Below, one piece after another: positions 1 to 10,271 of a stretch of 64,000 nt of DNA. Within the stretch, counting starts at the first letter, position 1. Every line of letters begins with the position of its first letter. The notes below the pieces were generated by a model, which saw nothing but the letters and a program-made list of their open reading frames with translations, did no database searches and was not told the DNA's origin. Source of the stretch: Eubacterium sp. (GTDB lineage: Bacteria; Bacillota; Clostridia; Oscillospirales; Acutalibacteraceae); NCBI GenBank assembly GCA_029258375.1, contig JARHZA010000001.1, forward strand, positions 599,564 through 663,563, written 5' to 3'. The translations under genes and the position numbers were made by a program.

Positions 1-1
1 A

Positions 2-145
2 CTTTCAGTTGATAGTTTTATTAAAAAATCATCTTTTATTTATTACACAAAAGAAGAACTTGAAAAGTCTAAAGATGAAATCATTAAACTTGCAGAAACA
101 GAAGGTTTAACTGCTCATGCAAACAGTATTAAAGTAAGATTTTAA
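2..145 (+). CDS. hisD: Histidinol dehydrogenase, C-terminal fragment (partial at window start)
   Basis: Own translation from position 2: LSVDSFIKKSSFIYYTKEELEKSKDEIIKLAETEGLTAHANSIKVRF*, the typical HisD C-terminus (EGLxAHA.S...R). Lies upstream of hisB. Confidence 0.9.
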   Translation, partial: LSVDSFIKKSSFIYYTKEELEKSKDEIIKLAETEGLTAHANSIKVRF

Positions 146-147
146 TT

Positions 148-1290
148 ATGAAATTTAAAAAAATATTATTAGTATTATTATCAATTTTATTATGCTGTTT
201 TGTTTTTACTGCGTGTGAAGATGGTGAGAAAAAAGCAAACAAACCATCACTTCAACAAGGTGAAATGGCAGTTTATTTCTTTGATGTAGGTCAAGGCGAT
301 AGCGAATTTATCGAATTTCCAAATGGTAAAACAATGTTAATTGATGCCGGCGAAAGTGAAATGGGTGAAAGAGTTGTTTCAAATATAAAGGCTCTTGGCT
401 ATGATGAAATTACATATGTTGTTGCAACACATCCCCACTCAGATCATATTGGCGGTTTAGTAACTGTTTTAAATTCTTTTAATGTAGATACGGTTTATAT
501 GCCAAGTGTGTCTGCAAATACTTCTACTTTTGAAAAACTTATATATATTTTAGAAAATAAAAAATGTAAAGTAGTTGAAGCAAAAAGTGGTGTAGTAGTT
601 ATTGATGAAGATAACTTGTTTGCACAGTTTGTTGCACCAGTTAGTGATAAATACGATAATCTTAATGATTACTCTGCTGTATTAAAGCTTAAGCACGGTA
701 ACAATTCATTTTTATTTACTGGAGATGCAGAAAAAACATCAGAAAATGAAATTACAGCCGACATAAAAGCAGATGTTTTAAAAGTAGGTCATCATGGCTC
801 AAATACATCATCAACTAAAAAATTTGCTGAAAAAGTAAATCCTAAATATGCAGTTTTTGAAGTTGGAAAAGATAATTCATATAATCACCCAAGCAGTGAA
901 ATTGTAAAGCGTTATGAAAAGATTGGCGCAGAGATTCTTAGAACAGATAAAAATGGTAATATTACAATTAAATCAGACGGAAATGAATTGACTGTTTTTA
1001 AAAATTTTGATTTTACAACATTAAATGGTAGTAGCACAAATCAAAGTCAAAAAAACAATTCAACTGAATTAAATACAATTACAACTCAAATAAATGATAA
1101 TAATAGCACGTTAGAAGATAAAACAAATTATAAGTGGGTTCTAAATACAAAATCAAAAAAGATTCACACACCTTCTTGTAGTTCTGTTGAAAAAATTGCA
1201 TCTTCAAATTGTGAAAAGTCAAATAAAAGTTTAGCTGAACTTGAAAAAGACGGATATTCAATTTGTAAGAGTTGTAACCCAAGTGAATAA
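148..1290 (+). CDS. ComEC/Rec2-like MBL-fold metallohydrolase lipoprotein with C-terminal Ada-type metal-binding domain
   Basis: Lipobox FTAC after a hydrophobic signal peptide; FDVGQGDS, HPHSDHIGG, FTGDAE and LKVGHHGS motifs; S/T/N-rich linker; C-terminal H-x3-C...C-x2-C. Confidence 0.85.
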   Translation: MKFKKILLVLLSILLCCFVFTACEDGEKKANKPSLQQGEMAVYFFDVGQGDSEFIEFPNGKTMLIDAGESEMGERVVSNIKALGYDEITYVVATHPHSDHIGGLVTVLNSFNVDTVYMPSVSANTSTFEKLIYILENKKCKVVEAKSGVVVIDEDNLFAQFVAPVSDKYDNLNDYSAVLKLKHGNNSFLFTGDAEKTSENEITADIKADVLKVGHHGSNTSSTKKFAEKVNPKYAVFEVGKDNSYNHPSSEIVKRYEKIGAEILRTDKNGNITIKSDGNELTVFKNFDFTTLNGSSTNQSQKNNSTELNTITTQINDNNSTLEDKTNYKWVLNTKSKKIHTPSCSSVEKIASSNCEKSNKSLAELEKDGYSICKSCNPSE

Positions 1291-1291
1291 T

Positions 1292-1489
1292 ATGAGAATT
1301 ATAATTGATAGATTTGAGGGTGATTTTGCCCTTTGTGAAACTGAAAATGGAAAAATTTTAGATGTTCCTTCAGAGTTGTTTGAAAATGCTCACGAAGGCG
1401 ATGTTTTTGATATTTCTTTTAACGAAAAAGAAACTTTAAACAGAAAAGAAAACTTAAATTCAAGACTTAAAAATTTGTTTGACAGATAG
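1292..1489 (+). CDS. DUF3006-like small protein
   Basis: MRIIIDRFEGDFALCE...EGDV...LKNLFD pattern. ATG at 1292 follows the MBL gene stop at 1290; this family commonly pairs with ComEC-like MBL genes. Confidence 0.75.
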   Translation: MRIIIDRFEGDFALCETENGKILDVPSELFENAHEGDVFDISFNEKETLNRKENLNSRLKNLFDR

Positions 1490-1499
1490 GAGTAATGTT

Positions 1500-2075
1500 A
1501 TGAGAACTTCTAAAATCGAAAGAAATACAAAAGAAACGCAAATTAAAATTGAACTTTGCCTTGATGGAGGCGATGTTCAAATTTCAACTGGAATAGGATT
1601 TTTCGACCATATGCTAAACGCTTTTGCAGTTCACGGCGGTTATGGTTTAAAAATTAACGTAAAAGGCGATTTAGAAGTTGACACTCATCATACTGTTGAA
1701 GATACTGGCATTGCACTTGGAATGGCTTTTAAAGAGGCTCTCCTTGATAAGAGTAATATAAATCGTTATGGTTCTTTTTATATACCAATGGATGAAAGTC
1801 TTGCAAGTTGCGCACTTGATATTTCAAACAGGCCTTATCTTGTTTTTAATGCTAAATTTAATGAAGAACGTTGTGGCGATTACGAAACTTGTTGCACAGA
1901 AGAATTTTTCCGTGCTTTTGCGTTTAATGCGGGAATTACACTTCATATAAATCTTCTTTATGGTTCAAATTCACACCATGAGATAGAGGCTATTTTTAAA
2001 GCAGTTGCTCACGCAATGAGCATTGCAACAACTAAAAACAATATTGGTGTTCTTTCTACTAAAGGGGTATTATAA
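1500..2075 (+). CDS. hisB: Imidazoleglycerol-phosphate dehydratase
   Basis: RNTKETQI, GFFDHML, DTHHTVEDTG, NSHHEIEAIFKA and STKGVL motifs; AGGAG RBS at 1488-1492. Confidence 0.97.
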   Translation: MRTSKIERNTKETQIKIELCLDGGDVQISTGIGFFDHMLNAFAVHGGYGLKINVKGDLEVDTHHTVEDTGIALGMAFKEALLDKSNINRYGSFYIPMDESLASCALDISNRPYLVFNAKFNEERCGDYETCCTEEFFRAFAFNAGITLHINLLYGSNSHHEIEAIFKAVAHAMSIATTKNNIGVLSTKGVL

Positions 2076-2788
2076 TGATTATTTTTCCTGCAATAGATAT
2101 AATTGCTGGCAAGCCAGTAAGACTTTTTAAAGGCGATTTTGCTACTGCAGAGCAAGTTGCTAATGATGCACTTGAAACTGCACTTAATTTTGAAAAAAAC
2201 GGTGCAGAGTGGATACATATGGTTGACCTTGACGGTTCTTTAAAAAAAGAGAGAGTTAATAGCGAAACATTTATTACAGTAGCAAACGAAACTTCACTTA
2301 AAGTTGAACTTGGTGGAGGAATTCGCACAATGCAAGATGTTGATTTTTATGCAAATAAAGGTATAAGCAGAATTGTTTTAGGTTCTGTTGCAGTTAAAAA
2401 TCCAGAACTAGTTAAAGAAGCTGTTAGGGAGTTTGGCGATTTAATTGCTGTTGGAATAGATGCTAAAAACGGATATGTTGCAACAGAGGGCTGGACTGAA
2501 AGTTCAAATATTTACTTTACTGAACTTGCAAAACGTATGGAAGATTTTGGTGTTAAAACTATTATTTATACCGATATTTCAAAAGATGGAACACTTTCAG
2601 GTCCTAATATTGAACAGCTTGTTGAAATAAACAACGCAGTTTCTAGTAATATAACTGCATCTGGTGGTGTAACTAATATAGATGACATAATTGCACTTCA
2701 AAATGAAAATCTATATGGTGCAATTTGTGGTAAAAGTATTTATAATGGCACTCTTAAACTTAAAGAGGCGATAGAGGTGTGCAAATGA
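2075..2788 (+). CDS. hisA: ProFAR isomerase
   Basis: [33 protein letters not shown] and ASGGV motifs. Confidence 0.95.
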   Translation: MIIFPAIDIIAGKPVRLFKGDFATAEQVANDALETALNFEKNGAEWIHMVDLDGSLKKERVNSETFITVANETSLKVELGGGIRTMQDVDFYANKGISRIVLGSVAVKNPELVKEAVREFGDLIAVGIDAKNGYVATEGWTESSNIYFTELAKRMEDFGVKTIIYTDISKDGTLSGPNIEQLVEINNAVSSNITASGGVTNIDDIIALQNENLYGAICGKSIYNGTLKLKEAIEVCK

Positions 2789-3111
2789 TTGATGTAGAAA
2801 AGTACTTTAAAAAGGCAGATTTAATTCCAGCAATTATTCAAGAAAATGCATCCGGCGAAGTTCTTATGCTTGCATATATGAATAGGGAGTCTATGAGAAA
2901 AACTCTTGAAACAGGGTATACTTGGTTTTGGTCAAGAAGTAGACAAGAACTTTGGAATAAAGGTGCAACAAGTGGTCATCTTCAGAAAATAATTTCAATT
3001 TATGGTGACTGTGATGACGACACACTTTTAATTAAAGTAGAACAAATTGGTGCTGCTTGCCACACCGGTAATCACAGTTGCTTTTTTAATGAAATTAAAG
3101 GAGAGTTTTAA
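2785..3111 (+). CDS. hisI: Phosphoribosyl-AMP cyclohydrolase
   Basis: [17 protein letters not shown] and DCDDDTLL...[10 protein letters not shown] motifs; ATGA overlap with hisA. Confidence 0.95.
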   Translation: MIDVEKYFKKADLIPAIIQENASGEVLMLAYMNRESMRKTLETGYTWFWSRSRQELWNKGATSGHLQKIISIYGDCDDDTLLIKVEQIGAACHTGNHSCFFNEIKGEF

Positions 3112-3434
3112 TGGACTTAATCAAAAACGAATATAACGTTATTTTAGATAGAAAAGATAAAAAAGAAGAAGGTTCTTACACTGCTTATCTTTTTGAGCAG
3201 GGAATAGATAAAATTCTTAAAAAAGTTGGCGAAGAATGCACTGAAATGGTTATTGCTGCAAAAAATAATGATAAAGAAGAAACTGTTTACGAAGTAACAG
3301 ATCTTATTTATCACACTCTTGTAATGATGGCAAATCAGGGTATTACTCCAGAAGACATTGAAGAAGAACTTCAAAAAAGAGCTGAAAAAAGAGGCAATTT
3401 AAAACAATTTCATCAGGTGGATAAAAACTCATAA
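3111..3434 (+). CDS. hisE: Phosphoribosyl-ATP pyrophosphatase
   Basis: GSYTAYLF...KILKKVGEECTE...EVTDLIYH motif. Confidence 0.95.
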   Translation: MDLIKNEYNVILDRKDKKEEGSYTAYLFEQGIDKILKKVGEECTEMVIAAKNNDKEETVYEVTDLIYHTLVMMANQGITPEDIEEELQKRAEKRGNLKQFHQVDKNS

Positions 3435-5458
3435 TGGCACATAAAAAATGGATTATTGCAGATGCAGATAAAGAAAAAGCATCTGAACTCAGCGAAAAAT
3501 TTAATATAGATCCGTTTATCGCTTTTCTTTTGGTATCAAGGGGTGTTGATAATGAACTTGCTGTTTCAGACTTCATATCATCGTCTTGCGAATTTTCAGA
3601 TCCATTTAATTTTGTTGATATGGACAAGGCTGTGGCAAGAATTGAAAATGCTATTGACTATGGTGAAAAGATTACCATTTATGGCGATTATGATTGCGAC
3701 GGCGTAACTTCAACAGCGCTCCTTTTGTCTTTTCTCAAAAGTATGGGCGCTGATGTTGATTATTATATTCCTTCTCGTGAAACAGAAGGTTATGGTATGA
3801 ATGTTAACGCAATAGATAAAATTTGCGAAAGTGGCACAAAACTTATAATTACTGTTGATAATGGTATTGCATCAGTTAATGAGGCAGATTATTTATACTC
3901 TCTTGGTATGGAACTTGTTGTAACAGACCACCACCAAATTCCAGATAAACTTCCTAAAGCAGAGGCAATTATTAACCCACACAGAAAAGAAAATCATATG
4001 AAGTTTCGTGATTTTTGTGGAGTTGGTGTTGCTTTTAAACTTGTTTGTGCTATATATGGCGATACAGAAGATATGCTTTTTCAGTATGCAGACTTAGTTG
4101 CAATTGGAACTATTGCAGATGTTATGCCACTAATGAATGAAAATAGAGGCCTTGTTAAAAAAGGTTTGGAGTTAATAAATAGTAATTCAAGACTCGGAAT
4201 AGAAGAATTAAAAAAAGTTGCAACTGATAGTGAACGAATTTTAACTTCAACAGATGTTGCATTTATGATATGCCCAAGAATAAATGCAGCAGGCAGAATA
4301 GACCATGCATCAAAAGCTGTTGAATTATTAGTTTCAGAAGATTATAAAGATGCTTCACTTAAAGCAGAGCAACTTAATATAAATAATGTTCACAGGCAAG
4401 AAATCGAAACAGAAATATTTGAAAATATAAAAGAACAGGTTGAAAAAAATCCTTCACTCGTTCAAGATAGAGTAGTAGTTATTGCAGGTAAAAATTATCA
4501 CCACGGTGTAGTTGGAATAGTTGCTTCTCGTGTTTTAGAAGAATACGGAAAACCGGTAATAATAATTGGCATTGATGAAGATGATAACGCAAGAGGTTCT
4601 GCAAGAAGTGTAGAAGGCTTCAACATATTTGAGGCAATTTCTTATTGTTCTGATTTACTTTTGCAGTATGGTGGTCATCCACGTGCTGCAGGAATGGGGC
4701 TTTTACCTGAAAATATAGATGCGTTTAGAGCAAAAATCAACGAATACGCTTTAAAATATCATCCAGTAATGCCTATGGAAACATTTAATATAGATTGCAA
4801 ATTATCTCCTTTTTATCTTGATTTAAACTTGGTAGATAGTTTAAAAATTCTTGAACCTTATGGCGAATCAAACCCACAGGCAATTTTTGCACTTGTTGGT
4901 TTAACTCTTCTTTCGGTTACACCAATGGGAGAGGGTAAACACATTAGATTAGAATGTGAGAAAAAAGGCAAAAAGTTAAGAATTGTTAAGTTCAAAACTA
5001 CTGCTGAAGATTTTCCATATAAAGTTGGCGACAAAATTGATGTTGCCGTTAAAATTTCTAAAAACTTGTTTAAAGAAAAATATTATTTATCTATTCAAGC
5101 TGTTGATATTCGCAGAAATGGAATTGATGATAAATATTTTTCTGAAAAATCAATTTATGAATTGTTTAATCTTGGCAAAAATAATGATGTATCAGTTTTT
5201 GCAAACAGAGATATTTGCTCAATTGTTTATAAGACTCTTAAATCAAATGGTGGTTGGAATTACAGCATAGATGATTTGTATTTTTCACTAAAAGGCGTTA
5301 CATACGGTCAGTTGCAATGTGCCTTAAAAGCATTTGAAGAGAGCGGACTTATAAGTTTAGAAAATAATAAAATTAAAGTTCTTGATGTTAAGTCAAAAGT
5401 TGATTTGATGAACACACCATCAATGAAATCTTTGAAAGGAAGACTGAATATTGGATGA
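3434..5458 (+). CDS. recJ: ssDNA-specific exonuclease RecJ
   Basis: YGDYDCDG, ITVDNG, VTDHH, GTIAD, PRINAAGR, GSARS and GGHPRAAG motifs. Confidence 0.97.
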   Translation: MAHKKWIIADADKEKASELSEKFNIDPFIAFLLVSRGVDNELAVSDFISSSCEFSDPFNFVDMDKAVARIENAIDYGEKITIYGDYDCDGVTSTALLLSFLKSMGADVDYYIPSRETEGYGMNVNAIDKICESGTKLIITVDNGIASVNEADYLYSLGMELVVTDHHQIPDKLPKAEAIINPHRKENHMKFRDFCGVGVAFKLVCAIYGDTEDMLFQYADLVAIGTIADVMPLMNENRGLVKKGLELINSNSRLGIEELKKVATDSERILTSTDVAFMICPRINAAGRIDHASKAVELLVSEDYKDASLKAEQLNINNVHRQEIETEIFENIKEQVEKNPSLVQDRVVVIAGKNYHHGVVGIVASRVLEEYGKPVIIIGIDEDDNARGSARSVEGFNIFEAISYCSDLLLQYGGHPRAAGMGLLPENIDAFRAKINEYALKYHPVMPMETFNIDCKLSPFYLDLNLVDSLKILEPYGESNPQAIFALVGLTLLSVTPMGEGKHIRLECEKKGKKLRIVKFKTTAEDFPYKVGDKIDVAVKISKNLFKEKYYLSIQAVDIRRNGIDDKYFSEKSIYELFNLGKNNDVSVFANRDICSIVYKTLKSNGGWNYSIDDLYFSLKGVTYGQLQCALKAFEESGLISLENNKIKVLDVKSKVDLMNTPSMKSLKGRLNIG

Positions 5459-7637
5459 ATTTAACGACCATTATGATTCTTTTATAGAAGAAGTAAAGAA
5501 TCATAAAGTTTATGATGTTGAAAAAATTGAAAAAGCATATAAAATTGCAAAAGATGCTCACAAGGACCAAAAGCGTCGTTCTGGTGAGCCTTATATAATG
5601 CACCCTGTTGCAGTTGCAAGAATTCTTCTTAAACTTGGTATGGACAATGAGTGTATTATTGCAGCGCTTCTTCACGATGTTGTTGAAGATACAGAATATG
5701 GGCTTCCATTTATTGAAGAAACATTTGGCGATGATGTTGCTCTTCTTGTTGATGGTGTAACAAAACTTGGTCATATTCCACTTTCAACAAGGGAAGAAGT
5801 TCAAGCAGAAAATATAAGAAAAATGTTTATTGCAATGAACAAAGATGTTCGTGTTATTATCATAAAACTTGCAGATAGACTTCATAATATGCGAACCCTT
5901 CAATATATGCCTGATTATAAGCAAAGGGAAAAAAGTCTTGAAACACTTGAAATTTATGCCCCTATTGCTCACCGTTTAGGTATTAGAACTATTAAGGAAG
6001 AACTTGAAGATTTAGCAGTTTTTTACCTTGATCCTATTGCGTATAAAGAAATACAAAATTCCCTTTCTATGAAGCAGGAAGAGGGCGTTGCTTTTCTTGA
6101 TAATATTAAAAAGCAGATTAGTGAAAGAATTTTACCTATAATGGAAAATGCAAACATAACTTCACGCCTTAAATCTGTTCATGGCATATTTAGAAAAGTT
6201 TATATCAAGGGCAAATCTTTTGAAGAAATTTATGATATTTATGCGGTAAGAATTATTGTTAATAGTATGATAGATTGCTACAATGCACTTGGCATTGTTC
6301 ACGATATGTTTAAGCCTATTCCTGGCAGATTCAAAGATTATATTTCAACACCAAAACCAAACGGCTATCAGTCACTTCACACAACTGTTCTTTCAGAAAA
6401 TGGTGTTCCTTTCGAAATCCAAATAAGAACTTGGGAAATGCACCAAACTGCTGAATTTGGTATTGCAGCACACTGGAAATATAAAATTGGCAAGGGTGGC
6501 AAAGATGATTTTGATAAAGGCCTTGCGTGGATAAATAGAATGCTTAAAACAGATGCTGAATCAGATTGTCCAGAAGATTTAATTGCAAATATAAAGGGTG
6601 ATCTTTCAGTTGAAGAAGTTTATGTGTTTACACCTAAGGGTGATGTGAAAAGTTTGCCAACAGGGTCAACTGTTATAGACTTTGCTTATGCAATTCACTC
6701 TGCCGTTGGTAATAAAATGGTTGGTGCAAAAGTTAATGGCAGAATTGTTCCTCTTGATTATAAAGTTAAAACAGGCGAAATAATAGATATTTTAACTTCT
6801 AATCAACAGGGCAAAGGTCCAAGCAGAGATTGGCTTTCAGTGGTTAAAACAGGCGAAGCAAGAAGTAAAATTCGTGCTTGGTTCAAAAAAGAAAAACGTG
6901 ATGAAAATATTGAAGAGGGCAAAACTCAAGTTGAACGTGAACTTAAGAGAAACTTTATTCATTTAAGTGGCGATAAATATAACGAGTTTATTCAAAAAAT
7001 TGCATTGCGTCAGCATTTTGAAAATGTTGAAGAATTTTATGCTGCCGTTGGTTACGGTGGTATAATGATAAATAGACTTATTCCAGGTATTAAAGATGAA
7101 TATAATCGTAACTGGAAAGAAGTTGAACCAGAAAAGATTGAAACAAATCTTGTAGAAAAGAATGAACCAAGATCAACATCAAGTAACGGCATTATAGTTG
7201 ACGGTATTGACAACTGTTTAATTAAAATGTCTAAATGTTGTTCTCCTCTTCCAGGTGAAGATATTGTAGGCTTTATAACAAGGGGTCACGGTCTTTCAAT
7301 TCATAAACGCAGTTGCAAAAATGTACCTAAAGATTTAGAAAATTGTGCAGAACCAGAACGTTGGGTTCATGCTCATTGGGATCAAAATGTTAAAATTGTT
7401 TCTAATTCTACTATAAACGTTTATGCAATCAATAGAGACGGTATCGCTCACGATATTGCAAGTATGTTGCTTAAATTGCATATTAAAATGACATCTATGA
7501 ATGTTCGTGTTATAAATGACGGTAATTGCCTTTCTACAATTACTTTTGCCGTTAATAGCAGAGAACACCTTGAAAATATAATTAAGAATTTAAAGAAAAT
7601 TCAAGGTGTATACCATATTGAAAGAAGTGAAATATAA
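5451..7637 (+). CDS. relA: Bifunctional (p)ppGpp synthetase/hydrolase Rel
   Basis: Intact HD motif (LLHDVVEDT), KLADRLHNMRTL, RFKDYI, YQSLHT, TGS domain, zinc-finger CC and C-terminal ACT domain; TTG start. Confidence 0.97.
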   Translation: MDEFNDHYDSFIEEVKNHKVYDVEKIEKAYKIAKDAHKDQKRRSGEPYIMHPVAVARILLKLGMDNECIIAALLHDVVEDTEYGLPFIEETFGDDVALLVDGVTKLGHIPLSTREEVQAENIRKMFIAMNKDVRVIIIKLADRLHNMRTLQYMPDYKQREKSLETLEIYAPIAHRLGIRTIKEELEDLAVFYLDPIAYKEIQNSLSMKQEEGVAFLDNIKKQISERILPIMENANITSRLKSVHGIFRKVYIKGKSFEEIYDIYAVRIIVNSMIDCYNALGIVHDMFKPIPGRFKDYISTPKPNGYQSLHTTVLSENGVPFEIQIRTWEMHQTAEFGIAAHWKYKIGKGGKDDFDKGLAWINRMLKTDAESDCPEDLIANIKGDLSVEEVYVFTPKGDVKSLPTGSTVIDFAYAIHSAVGNKMVGAKVNGRIVPLDYKVKTGEIIDILTSNQQGKGPSRDWLSVVKTGEARSKIRAWFKKEKRDENIEEGKTQVERELKRNFIHLSGDKYNEFIQKIALRQHFENVEEFYAAVGYGGIMINRLIPGIKDEYNRNWKEVEPEKIETNLVEKNEPRSTSSNGIIVDGIDNCLIKMSKCCSPLPGEDIVGFITRGHGLSIHKRSCKNVPKDLENCAEPERWVHAHWDQNVKIVSNSTINVYAINRDGIAHDIASMLLKLHIKMTSMNVRVINDGNCLSTITFAVNSREHLENIIKNLKKIQGVYHIERSEI

Positions 7638-8090
7638 ATGAAAGCAGTTTTGCAACGTGTTGCAAATGCAAATGTAAAAGTTGATAATAAAATTATTGGC
7701 GAAATAAATGGTGGCTTAATGATTCTTCTTGGTGTTTGGGAAAATGATACTAAAGAAGATGCAGACAAGCTTATTAAAAAAATACCATATCTTCGTATAT
7801 TTGAAGATGAAAACGAAAAGATGAACGTGTCTTGCCTTGATGTAAATGGCGAAATTCTTGTTGTATCACAATTTACACTTTGTGCCGATTGTTCACACGG
7901 CAGACGTCCAAGTTTTATTCAGTCTGCACCACCAAAAGTGGCTAACGAACTTTACGAGTATTTTGTAGAAGAACTTAAAAAATCTGGTGTTTCAAAAGTT
8001 GAAACAGGCGAATTCGGAGCAGATATGAAAGTTAGCCTTTTAAATGATGGACCAGTTACAATAATTTTAGATAGTAAGGAGTTAAAATGA
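7638..8090 (+). CDS. dtd: D-aminoacyl-tRNA deacylase
   Basis: [25 protein letters not shown] and NDGPVT motifs; conserved position after rel. Confidence 0.97.
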   Translation: MKAVLQRVANANVKVDNKIIGEINGGLMILLGVWENDTKEDADKLIKKIPYLRIFEDENEKMNVSCLDVNGEILVVSQFTLCADCSHGRRPSFIQSAPPKVANELYEYFVEELKKSGVSKVETGEFGADMKVSLLNDGPVTIILDSKELK

Positions 8091-8701
8091 TTAAAGTAAA
8101 ATCAATAGTTCTTGGAAAACTTGAAAACAATTGTTATCTTATAACAGATGAAAAAAGTGGCAAATCTGCACTTATTGACTGCACAGAAGCATCACAAAAA
8201 ATGATTGATTTTATCGGTAGTGCAGATTTAGAATATATTCTTTTAACACACGGCCATTTTGACCATATTGGTGGCGTTGAAGAGATAAAAGAAAAATACG
8301 GTGCTAAGGTTGCTATTGGCGAGGGTGATGCTAAAATGTTAACATCAAGCAAACATAGCCTTGCTGCATTTTGTGGTGAACTTCAAAATAATGTTGAACC
8401 AGATATTATTCTTGAAGATGGCGACGAAATCAAACTTGGCGAAACAACGATAAAAGTTATGGCAACACCAGGTCATACAAAGGGTGGCGTTTGCTATATT
8501 GTTGATGATATTATTTTTTCTGGTGATACACTTTTTTATTGCACTTGTGGCAGAACCGATTTTCCAGGTGGCTCTTTAGAAGAAATTAAAAATAGCCTTA
8601 AAAGACTTGCAAGCCTTGATGGCGATTATAAAATTTTAGCTGGTCACGATAGATCATCAACACTTGACTTTGAAAGAAAATTTAACCCTTATATGAGATA
8701 A
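8087..8701 (+). CDS. MBL-fold metallohydrolase (glyoxalase II-like)
   Basis: [25 protein letters not shown] and AGHD motifs. Confidence 0.9.
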   Translation: MIKVKSIVLGKLENNCYLITDEKSGKSALIDCTEASQKMIDFIGSADLEYILLTHGHFDHIGGVEEIKEKYGAKVAIGEGDAKMLTSSKHSLAAFCGELQNNVEPDIILEDGDEIKLGETTIKVMATPGHTKGGVCYIVDDIIFSGDTLFYCTCGRTDFPGGSLEEIKNSLKRLASLDGDYKILAGHDRSSTLDFERKFNPYMR

Positions 8702-8704
8702 AAT

Positions 8705-10156
8705 ATGATAATTGTTGTAAAAAATCACCCATATCGTTATGATATGGTAAATCTTGGAACAATATTTTTTCCTTATGAAAAAATAAAAATACATGAAAAA
8801 GATACAAATGAAACAGATGATATTTTTGTTTTAACAGAGTTTATAGGTAATCAAATTTTAGTCGATGCAAAAGTTTATGATAAACATAAAAAAGACTGTG
8901 TTACTTTTGATGAAACAACAGATACACAAATGGCTTTAACAGTTCTTTTCTATAATATAATGTCAGAAATTCTTGGCATCAAATACCCTTGGGGAACACT
9001 TTATGGAGTTCGTCCCGCTCGTTTAATGCACAGAATTACTGATGAAAGTGGCGAAGAAAAAGCAAAAAAAGTTTTCAGAAACAAATATCTTGTTTCTGAA
9101 GAAAAAATCAACCTAACAGATAATGTTATGCACCACGAAAACAAAATTATTAAGTTGTCAAGTGCAAATAGTTTTTCTCTTTATGTTTCAATTCCGTTTT
9201 GCCCTTCAAGATGCTCATATTGTTCATTTGTATCTCATAGCATAGAAAATACATATAAACTTATTGAGCCTTATGTTGATTTGCTAATTAAAGAACTTGA
9301 AGAAACTGGCAGATATGCAAAAGAACTCGGATTGAAACTTGAAACAATTTATTTTGGTGGTGGTACACCAACAACTCTATCAGCAAAAGATTTAACAAGA
9401 ATTTTTAAAGCAATTGAAAGTAACTTTGATTTAAGTAATTTGCGTGAATATACTGTTGAAGCAGGCAGACCAGATACTGTTACTAAAGAAAAGTTTGATG
9501 CGCTTAAAAATGCCGGTGTTTCAAGAATAAGCATAAATCCTCAAACATTTAATGATAATGTGCTTAAAGTTATAGGCAGACACCATACTTCTGCACAAAC
9601 ACTTGATGCATTTAATCTTGCAAGAAAATGTGGGTTTGATAATATCAATATGGATTTTATTGCTGGATTGCCACAAGATAATTTGGAATCCTTTAAAAAT
9701 AGTATCAATAAGGCCGTTGATTTGGGCGCAGAGTCTGTTACAATTCACACACTTGCACTTAAAAGTGCTGCATATATGGCAACAAAAGAAACTGCTTTTG
9801 AAGTGTCAGATAAAATTGTTACTTCAAATATGGTTAGATACAGTGCCAAAAAATTAACAGAAAATGGTTATTATCCTTATTATATGTATCGTCAAAGTAA
9901 ATCTGTTGGCAACCTTGAAAATGTTGGTTGGTGTAAAGACGGTTTAGATTGCCTTTACAATGTTTTTATGATGGACGAAACACACACAATTTTTTCTGTT
10001 GGTGCAGGTGCGGTTATAAAACTAAAAGATCAAAAAACTGGCAAAATAGAGCGTATTTATAATTATAAATATCCTTATGAATACGTTGATGGCTTTGATG
10101 AAATTATTAAACGTAAGAACAGAATAAAAACATTTTACGAAGAATATAGTTTATAG
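8705..10156 (+). CDS. hemZ: HemZ-type radical SAM protein
   Basis: IPFCPSRCSYCSF (CxxxCxxC), YFGGGTPT, EAGRPD, RISINPQ and PYYMYRQ motifs; rel-dtd-MBL-hemZ order typical of Clostridia. Confidence 0.88.
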   Translation: MIIVVKNHPYRYDMVNLGTIFFPYEKIKIHEKDTNETDDIFVLTEFIGNQILVDAKVYDKHKKDCVTFDETTDTQMALTVLFYNIMSEILGIKYPWGTLYGVRPARLMHRITDESGEEKAKKVFRNKYLVSEEKINLTDNVMHHENKIIKLSSANSFSLYVSIPFCPSRCSYCSFVSHSIENTYKLIEPYVDLLIKELEETGRYAKELGLKLETIYFGGGTPTTLSAKDLTRIFKAIESNFDLSNLREYTVEAGRPDTVTKEKFDALKNAGVSRISINPQTFNDNVLKVIGRHHTSAQTLDAFNLARKCGFDNINMDFIAGLPQDNLESFKNSINKAVDLGAESVTIHTLALKSAAYMATKETAFEVSDKIVTSNMVRYSAKKLTENGYYPYYMYRQSKSVGNLENVGWCKDGLDCLYNVFMMDETHTIFSVGAGAVIKLKDQKTGKIERIYNYKYPYEYVDGFDEIIKRKNRIKTFYEEYSL

Positions 10157-10187
10157 AAGTTCTTCATTTGTTAAAATACTTTTGGTA

Positions 10188-10216
10188 TTGAAAAATTGTT
10201 CAAATAGTAATATAAT
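10188..10216 (+). promoter_or_regulatory. Sigma-A promoter for the 10272 gene
   Basis: TTGAAA (10188-10193), 17 bp spacer, TATAAT (10211-10216). Confidence 0.65.
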
Positions 10217-10271
10217 AAAAATAAATAATATAATGTATAATTTTTAAAAACTAAAAGGGGTAGGTGCTAAT

